Origin: an uncultured Trueperaceae bacterium
GTDB taxonomy: Bacteria > Deinococcota > Deinococci > Deinococcales > Trueperaceae
Assembly (NCBI GenBank): GCA_963727505.1
Contig: CAVSGP010000002.1
Coordinates: 160,001-224,000 of the forward strand
Direction: 5' to 3'
Length of the DNA: 64,000 nt
Below are positions 58,296 to 64,000 of this stretch, piece after piece. The notes beneath the pieces are model-generated. The model made no database searches and had not been told where the DNA came from. It saw nothing but the letters and a program-made list of their open reading frames with translations. Made by a program: the position numbers and the translations under genes. Within the stretch, counting starts at the first letter, position 1; the number at the start of each line of letters is the position of its first letter.

Positions 58296-59117
58296 ATGAC
58301 CGCCAGCACGCCGAACGCGACCATCGCCCTGCTCACGGACTTCGGGCTGCGCGATACCTACGTGGCCATGCTGAAGGCCGTGATCCAGGGCATCGCCCCC
58401 AACGCGGCCGTCATCGACCTCACCCACCAGGTGGCGGCGCACGACGTGCGCGAAGGCGCGTTCGACCTGTTCGTCTCGCACGCCTTCTTCCCGGCCGGTA
58501 CGGTGTTCTGCTGCGTGGTCGACCCTGGCGTCGGCTCGAGCCGGCGCGCGGTGGCGCTGCGCCTGCGACGCGGCAACGGCCACCCCTACCGGTTCGTCGG
58601 GCCCGACAACGGCCTGTTCACGTCCGTCCTCGATGGCGCCACGGTGGAAGCGGCCGCCAGCCTCGACGACCCCGCCTACCAACTCTCATTCGTGAGCAGC
58701 ACCTTCCATGGCCGCGACGTCTTCGCCCCCGCCGCCGCCCACCTGGCGCGCGGCGTGGGCATCGAGGCGCTCGGGGCGGCGGTCGACCCGGACTCCCTGG
58801 TCCGGCTGCCGTGGGACCAACCCAGGCGTTCAGGCGACGGCTGGGAGGCCGACCTCATCCACCGTGACCCCTTCGGCAACCTGATCAGCAACCTGCCGAG
58901 CCAGGCGTTGCAACCCGACCTCTCGCGCTGGCGCGTGTTCCTGGACCGCTTCGAGATCGGTCCCATCCGGCACGCCTTCTCCGACGTGCCGGTGGGCCGC
59001 CCGCTCGCCTTCGTCGGCAGCAGCGGCCTGCTCGAGATCGCGGTGCGCGACGGCCGGGCCGCAGACGTGCTCAGTGTGAGCAAGAGCAGCGTGGTGCGGG
59101 TGCGACCCGCCACCTGA
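58296..59117 (+). CDS. SAM hydroxide adenosyltransferase (DUF62; fluorinase/chlorinase superfamily)
   Basis: LLTDFG; VVDPGVG..RR; GPDNG; STFHGRDVFAP (His of the hydrolase type); DPFGN. Confidence 0.88.
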   Translation: MTASTPNATIALLTDFGLRDTYVAMLKAVIQGIAPNAAVIDLTHQVAAHDVREGAFDLFVSHAFFPAGTVFCCVVDPGVGSSRRAVALRLRRGNGHPYRFVGPDNGLFTSVLDGATVEAAASLDDPAYQLSFVSSTFHGRDVFAPAAAHLARGVGIEALGAAVDPDSLVRLPWDQPRRSGDGWEADLIHRDPFGNLISNLPSQALQPDLSRWRVFLDRFEIGPIRHAFSDVPVGRPLAFVGSSGLLEIAVRDGRAADVLSVSKSSVVRVRPAT

Positions 59118-59136
59118 ACACCGCCCGGCACACACC

Positions 59137-60189
59137 TCAGGCCACCGTCACCTCGTCGGACAGGTAGACGTCCTGGATGAGGTGGAGCAGCTCCACGCCC
59201 TCCTCGAAGGGGCGCTGGAAGGCCTTGCGCCCGCTGATCAGGCCGCTGCCACCACCGCGCTTGTTCACGACCGCGGTGGTGACGGCCTCGGCGAAATCGT
59301 TCGCGCCCGAGGCGCCTCCGGAGTTGATGAGCCCCACGCGGCCCATGTAGCCGTTCGCGACCTGCCAGCGGACCCATTCGATGGGGTGATCGGGCACCAG
59401 CTCGCCGTACATGCGCGGGTCGCTTCGGCCGAACCCGATGGCCGTGAAGCCTCCGTTGACCGTCGGGAGCTTCTGCTTGACGATGTCGGCCTGGATGGTC
59501 ACGCCGAGGTGGTTGGCCTGGGCGGTGAGGTCGGCGGCGGTGTGGTAGTCGGTGCCGTCCTTCTTGAAGCCCTCGTTGCGCGTGTAGCACCACAGGATGG
59601 TGGCCATGCCGAGCTCGTGCGCGTGCGCGAAGGCCTCGGCGATCTCGATGAGCTGCCGGTCGGACTCGTCGCTGCCGAAGTAGATGGTGGCGCCGACCGC
59701 CACGGCCCCCATGTTCCAGGCCTCCTCGACGGTCCCGAAGAGGATCTGGTCGTAGGTCTGTGGGTAGGTCATGAGCTCGTTGTGGTTGAGCTTCACGATG
59801 AAGGGGATGCGGTGCGCGTAGCGCCGAGCCACCGCACCCAGCACGCCGAAGGTCGAAGCCACGGCGTTGCAGCCACCTTGGATCGCCAGCTCCACGATCA
59901 TGCGGGGGTCGAAGTAGTCGGGGTTGGGCGCGAAGGAGGCGCCCGCGGTGTGCTCGATGCCTTGATCCACCGGCAGGATCGAGAGGTACCCGGTCCCCCC
60001 CAGGCGGCCGTGGCCGTAGAGCTGCTGCAGGCTGCGCAGCGTCTGCGGGTTGCGATCGGTGTCGAGGAAGGCGCGCTCGATGAAGTCCGGTCCCGGCAAC
60101 GTGAGCCGCTCCTTGGCGATCCCCGTTGCGCGGTAGTTGAGCAGCGCTTCGGCCTGGTCACCGAGGTGTTCTAGGTAGGTCTGGGCCAT
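59137..60189 (-). CDS. fbaB: Class I fructose-bisphosphate aldolase (DhnA/FbaB type)
   Basis: [42 protein letters not shown]. Confidence 0.93.
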   Translation of the reverse strand: MAQTYLEHLGDQAEALLNYRATGIAKERLTLPGPDFIERAFLDTDRNPQTLRSLQQLYGHGRLGGTGYLSILPVDQGIEHTAGASFAPNPDYFDPRMIVELAIQGGCNAVASTFGVLGAVARRYAHRIPFIVKLNHNELMTYPQTYDQILFGTVEEAWNMGAVAVGATIYFGSDESDRQLIEIAEAFAHAHELGMATILWCYTRNEGFKKDGTDYHTAADLTAQANHLGVTIQADIVKQKLPTVNGGFTAIGFGRSDPRMYGELVPDHPIEWVRWQVANGYMGRVGLINSGGASGANDFAEAVTTAVVNKRGGGSGLISGRKAFQRPFEEGVELLHLIQDVYLSDEVTVA

Positions 60190-60627
60190 GCTCGGCTCCT
60201 TTCACAACGGCGGCGCGGCGCGCCGCCGGAGCTCGCGTTCCTCGGGTCGCGCCCGCCTCGCTCCTCGTGCGATCCGGGCCCGAGCGCCGGTCGTGCCTCC
60301 AGGGTACGTGACGAGCGCGCCTGCCGCCGTTCGCACGCCTCCCGGCGGACCGGCGCACGCGGAAGGGCGTACCCCTTCACACAAATCACCCGGCGGTCGC
60401 AAGAAACCTCATCGACCGCCGGGACTCGTAAGAGGGTTCGTAGGTGCCATCTCAGGCATGCATCTACGATCTCTCCTATGGGAAGCCCATCATAGGCATC
60501 GGCGCCGCACTTGGGAAGGGACAGATGTCCCGTCAGGGAGAGGGATCCTTGGCTCGCGAGGCCGTCCGCCTCCGGCCCGCGACGTACGCCGAACGGCCCG
60601 GCCGCGAGCGCCCGGCCAGAATGGGGC

Positions 60628-60879
60628 ATGTCAGCTCCTACCGCCACCCTCCTCCCCCTGTACGGCCTCACCACCCGCATCGCGCTCGCCGTCGGAGTGC
60701 TCGCCCTCTTCGTGGTCGTCAACCTGATCCTGCAGGCGGTGCTGGCCCGGGCCCTGCGCAATCGATCGGTCCATCCAGGCCTGGTGGTGCTGGTCCCCAA
60801 CCAGACCATCTTCACCAGCGCGGTCGTGGTGACCCCGCCGGCGCCCCCCACGGCGGCCAGGGACGCCGCTCCGACCTGA
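60628..60879 (+). pseudogene. Short TM ORF resembling an internally deleted MscS channel gene
   Basis: One TM helix and RALRNRSVHPGL, joined directly to VLVPNQTIFTSAV (similar to the MscS beta-domain motif). Confidence 0.45.
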
Positions 60880-61002
60880 GGGCGCGTGCGTTCGGCGCCC
60901 GGCGGCGCGCCCTGCCAGCGCCGTGCGCTAGCATGACCGCACCCAGCAGGAGATCGGGGAACAGCGGCCGGCTCGCCTGCCGGTCGTGGGAGGGGGAGCA
61001 CG

Positions 61003-61398
61003 GTGGAGACGACCTGGGGAACCTTTCTGTGGGCCGCCGGCGGTGGGCTGGCGGCGGAGGCACTGCGCTGGTGGCGCCTGATCCGCGCCCAGCAGCAGGG
61101 AACGACCCTCAACCTGCCGGTCTACGCCCGCAGCCCGCTCTACTGGGGGCTCACGGTGGTCATCGTGCTGGCGGGCGGCATGCTGGCGGTGGCATACGTG
61201 GCCTCGGGCCAACGGCTGGGGCCCATCCTGGCGATCAACGTCGGTGCCAGCGCGCCGCTCATCATCCAGGGGTTGGCGGCCAGCGCGCCGGATGGCCTTC
61301 GGCCCGCCCCTGCGCCGGCCGGTACACGGCAACACGCGAGCGACGGCACGCCTCCCGTGGGCGCGCCGTCGCTCGTGAACTTCCTGCGGGGGCGGTGA
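61003..61398 (+). CDS. Small hypothetical membrane protein (about 3 TM helices)
   Basis: GGAG RBS; hydrophobic segments; AINVGASAPLII. Confidence 0.65.
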   Translation: METTWGTFLWAAGGGLAAEALRWWRLIRAQQQGTTLNLPVYARSPLYWGLTVVIVLAGGMLAVAYVASGQRLGPILAINVGASAPLIIQGLAASAPDGLRPAPAPAGTRQHASDGTPPVGAPSLVNFLRGR

Positions 61399-61437
61399 GC
61401 CAGCGGACCGCGCCGCCTCACCGCCCCCTGCGTTCGC

Positions 61438-63174
61438 TCAGGTGTCGGCGTCCGCTGGCGTGAACCGGGCAGGATTCGGCGCGACGCCGCCTCGCGGGGT
61501 CCCGTTCGCGGCTTCGGGCGCCGGAGCCGGCGCGTTCCCGCCGCGATCCAGCGGAGCGTCGTCGCCCTCGAAGAACTCGTCGTGCTTCAGGCCGATCTCG
61601 GGCAGCAGGAAGGTGGTCAGGAAGGCCAGGATCGCGACCACCAGGCCCACCGTGAAGATCTCGCCCATGCCGTGGCTGAGGCCGACGCGCACGGCGTGCA
61701 CGAACTGGTCGTAGAACGTCTGGCCCTGTGCGCCGAAGCGGGCGAAGCTGGACCGGATGGCGTCCTGCGCCTGCGCCGTGATCAATCCCTGCGGGTTGTC
61801 CAGCGCGGCCTGCTGCTGCGGCGGCAGCGCGGCCAGCATCGCCCGGAGCGGGCCGGGCAGCGCCTGGTGGAAATGGCTGGAGAAACTGCGGGCCAGCACG
61901 GTGCCGAGGATCGGCGCGATGATGACGCCACCGAGCGAGCGCACGAACTGCTGGGTGGCGTTCACCACGCCCATGATCTTGTAGGGAAAGGCGTTCTGTA
62001 CCGCCACGTTGAGTAGAGGCAGCAGCGTGCCGATGCCGATCCCCATGACGATCATGTTGCGCACGACGGTGGGCCAGGTCGTGGACACGCCCATGAAGTT
62101 GAACAGCGCCATGCCGCCCACCATGAACGCCGCCCCGATGATGGCCAGCACCTTGTAGCGGCCGGTGCGCGTCATGAGCCAGCCGGAACCGACGCTCCCG
62201 ACGATGAAGCTCAGCATCATGGGCGTGAGTACCTCGCCGGAGCTCTGGGCCGACAGGCCCACGACCCCCTGCACGTAGAGCGGCAGGAACATGAGCGTTC
62301 CGAACATGCCCATCGTCGCGAAGAGCGCGATGACGACCGTGGTCGTGAAGATGGGCTTGGCGAAGAGCTGCGGGTCGAGGATCGGCTCCGCCGCGCGGCG
62401 CTCGTTCCACACGAACAGGCCGAGGAAGATGACCGCCGCAGCGAACATGCCGAGGATGAGCGGACTGCCCCAGGCGTACTGGCCGCCGGCCCAGGTGAGG
62501 GCCAGCAGGAGCGGTACCAGACCCAGGGCCATCAGCACGCTGCCCTGCCAGTCCAGCTTCACGCGGTGATCGACGCGCACCCGGGGCAGGGTGACCAGCA
62601 CGGCGACCAGCGCCACCACCGCCACCGGCAGGTTGACGTAGAAGACCCAGCGCCAACCCATATGGTCCGTGATCCAGCCGCCGACGGTGGGGCCGATGAT
62701 GCTGGAGATGCCAAAGGTCGCAGCGATCACGCCCATCCAGCGGCCGCGCTCGCGTGGGTTGAAGATGTCGCCGATGGTGGCGCGCGGCATGCTCATCAAG
62801 GCGCCGGCGCCGATGCCCTGAACGCCCCGTGCCAGGATCAGCTCGAGCATGGTGTGCGCCTGTCCGCTCACCGCCGAGCCCAGCATGAACACCACCAGGC
62901 CGAAGATGTAGAAGGGCTTGCGCCCGTAGATGTCGGAGAGCTTCCCGTAGATCGGCACCGTGATGGCCGACGCCATCATGTAGGCGGTGAACACCCAGGC
63001 GTAGATGGAGAGCCCCTTGAGGTCGCCGACGATGACCGGCAGCGCCGTCGACACCACGGTCTGGTCGAGCGACGCGAAGAACATCGACAGAAGCACCGCG
63101 CCGAGCGCCCACCAGCGGGCGTTCCCGGTGATGCGATTGGTGTTCTGCTGCGCGCGTGCTCCGGAGCGTCTCAT
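61438..63174 (-). CDS. DHA2 (EmrB/QacA-type) MFS drug efflux transporter
   Basis: LDQTVVSTALP; GKLSDIYGRK; RGVQGIGAG; WRWVFYVNLP; ERRAAEPI. Confidence 0.92.
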   Translation of the reverse strand: MRRSGARAQQNTNRITGNARWWALGAVLLSMFFASLDQTVVSTALPVIVGDLKGLSIYAWVFTAYMMASAITVPIYGKLSDIYGRKPFYIFGLVVFMLGSAVSGQAHTMLELILARGVQGIGAGALMSMPRATIGDIFNPRERGRWMGVIAATFGISSIIGPTVGGWITDHMGWRWVFYVNLPVAVVALVAVLVTLPRVRVDHRVKLDWQGSVLMALGLVPLLLALTWAGGQYAWGSPLILGMFAAAVIFLGLFVWNERRAAEPILDPQLFAKPIFTTTVVIALFATMGMFGTLMFLPLYVQGVVGLSAQSSGEVLTPMMLSFIVGSVGSGWLMTRTGRYKVLAIIGAAFMVGGMALFNFMGVSTTWPTVVRNMIVMGIGIGTLLPLLNVAVQNAFPYKIMGVVNATQQFVRSLGGVIIAPILGTVLARSFSSHFHQALPGPLRAMLAALPPQQQAALDNPQGLITAQAQDAIRSSFARFGAQGQTFYDQFVHAVRVGLSHGMGEIFTVGLVVAILAFLTTFLLPEIGLKHDEFFEGDDAPLDRGGNAPAPAPEAANGTPRGGVAPNPARFTPADADT

Positions 63175-63644
63175 GCCGCGCCCCCGGCCGGCTGGGCAGC
63201 CTCGCTCGTCTCCATGACCTCGGCGAGAGCCTCCATGTCCTGGGCGATGCGGGCGAACGCTCCCTGCGGCACGTCGCGTAACGCGCGGTCGAGCACCTCC
63301 CCCAGCGCCGCCCAGCCGGCGGCACCGGCCTCGGCGCCCGCTTCGGTCACCACCACCACGATGCGCCGCCGGTCGACGGTGTCGGGCCGGCGTTCGACGT
63401 AACCAAGCTCGCTCAGGCGGTCGAGCGCACGTGTGATCAACGGGGCCGCGATCCCGGTGCGGTCCTTGAGCTCGTGAGGATGGGCCGAGCCCCCTTCGAA
63501 CGCGCGCAGCATCACCAGCTCCTTGGGCGAGAGGCCGCAGGCCTGCTCCACGGGTTCGGCGGCGACCGCGTGCAGGGCGCGCGCCATCCGCCGTGCCGCG
63601 CGGGTCGCCCGGAACAGATCGTCCATGATGACAGTCGTTTTCAC
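63171..63644 (-). CDS. MarR family transcriptional regulator
   Basis: LDRL..LGYVER..D..DRR...V..T.AG; GTG lies 7 nt after the -10 box. Confidence 0.88.
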   Translation of the reverse strand: MKTTVIMDDLFRATRAARRMARALHAVAAEPVEQACGLSPKELVMLRAFEGGSAHPHELKDRTGIAAPLITRALDRLSELGYVERRPDTVDRRRIVVVVTEAGAEAGAAGWAALGEVLDRALRDVPQGAFARIAQDMEALAEVMETSEAAQPAGGAA

Positions 63645-63651
63645 GTGGAAC

Positions 63652-63680
63652 AATATAATCGAGAATAGTTACCTTGTCAA
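63652..63680 (-). promoter_or_regulatory. Sigma-A promoter of the marR-MFS operon
   Basis: TTGACA-17 bp-TATATT on the minus strand. Confidence 0.8.
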
Positions 63681-63726
63681 TTGTTCACACGACCTCGATG
63701 TCCGGCAAACACGCAGCCGAGCGACG

Positions 63727-64000
63727 ATGGCCGCGAGGACCCGCAGCACCGCTCCTCGCGGACGTTGGGCGCCGGCCCGGCCGGTCGAGAGCGTGCGCGT
63801 GCCGAGCGCGCGCACGGCATCCCCCGCCTCAGCGCTGCGCTGGCGTTCTACACGGTGCTCTCGCTGGCCCCCCTGGTGGTGGTGGCGGTAGGGGTGGCGA
63901 GCCTGGTGTTCGCGCGACAACAGATCCAGAGCGAGATCGTTGCGCAGCTCCAGACGCTCGTCGGCCCGTCCGGGGGCCAGGTCGCCCGAACCCTGTTCGA
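63727..64000 (+). CDS. YihY/BrkB family membrane protein, 3'-truncated by the window edge; start unclear
   Basis: HGIPRLSAALAFYTVLSLAPLVVV from about 63810; the nearest ATG (63727) is in another frame. Confidence 0.7.

Noticed and set aside
58296..59117. Fluorinase/chlorinase
   Set aside because: The STFHGRD His, together with the DPG Asp and downstream Arg, indicates the common DUF62 SAM hydrolase type
60440..60550. Cobalamin or c-di-GMP-II riboswitch (GGGAAG and GCACTTG words)
   Set aside because: The other conserved core elements are missing, and no fitting downstream gene is present

Overview
High-GC bacterial chromosomal window. An Nqo15 homolog, an SLH/coiled-coil/beta-barrel SlpA and many TANNNT-N5-7-start (leaderless-type) promoters place it in the Deinococcota (the family cannot be fixed from this window). 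Most of it is housekeeping DNA: ndh, suhB, cysK, NSAR/OSBS, split mnmC, pcrA/uvrD, minDE, hpf, slpA, thyX, rlmH, rodA, trpF, ppx, rplU-rpmA-obgE-yqeK-LCP-rsfS-yraN and fbaB. I saw no rRNA, tRNA, CRISPR array, prophage or transposase. The most striking region is 42.7-58.3 kb: two mirror-image RND efflux operons diverge from one intergenic region next to a marR gene. Each encodes a pair of TolC-like proteins. In each pair one protein appears to have 6 beta-strands (2+4) and the other none, instead of the canonical 4 each, which suggests a hetero-oligomeric outer-membrane channel. Other highlights are a cluster of five DnaA boxes over a promoter far from any dnaA gene, a secreted matrixin-like protein lacking all its zinc ligands, a pseudo-receiver/coiled-coil protein near minDE, and several gene remnants or frameshifts. 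All functional calls come from reading motifs by eye; no database searches were run.
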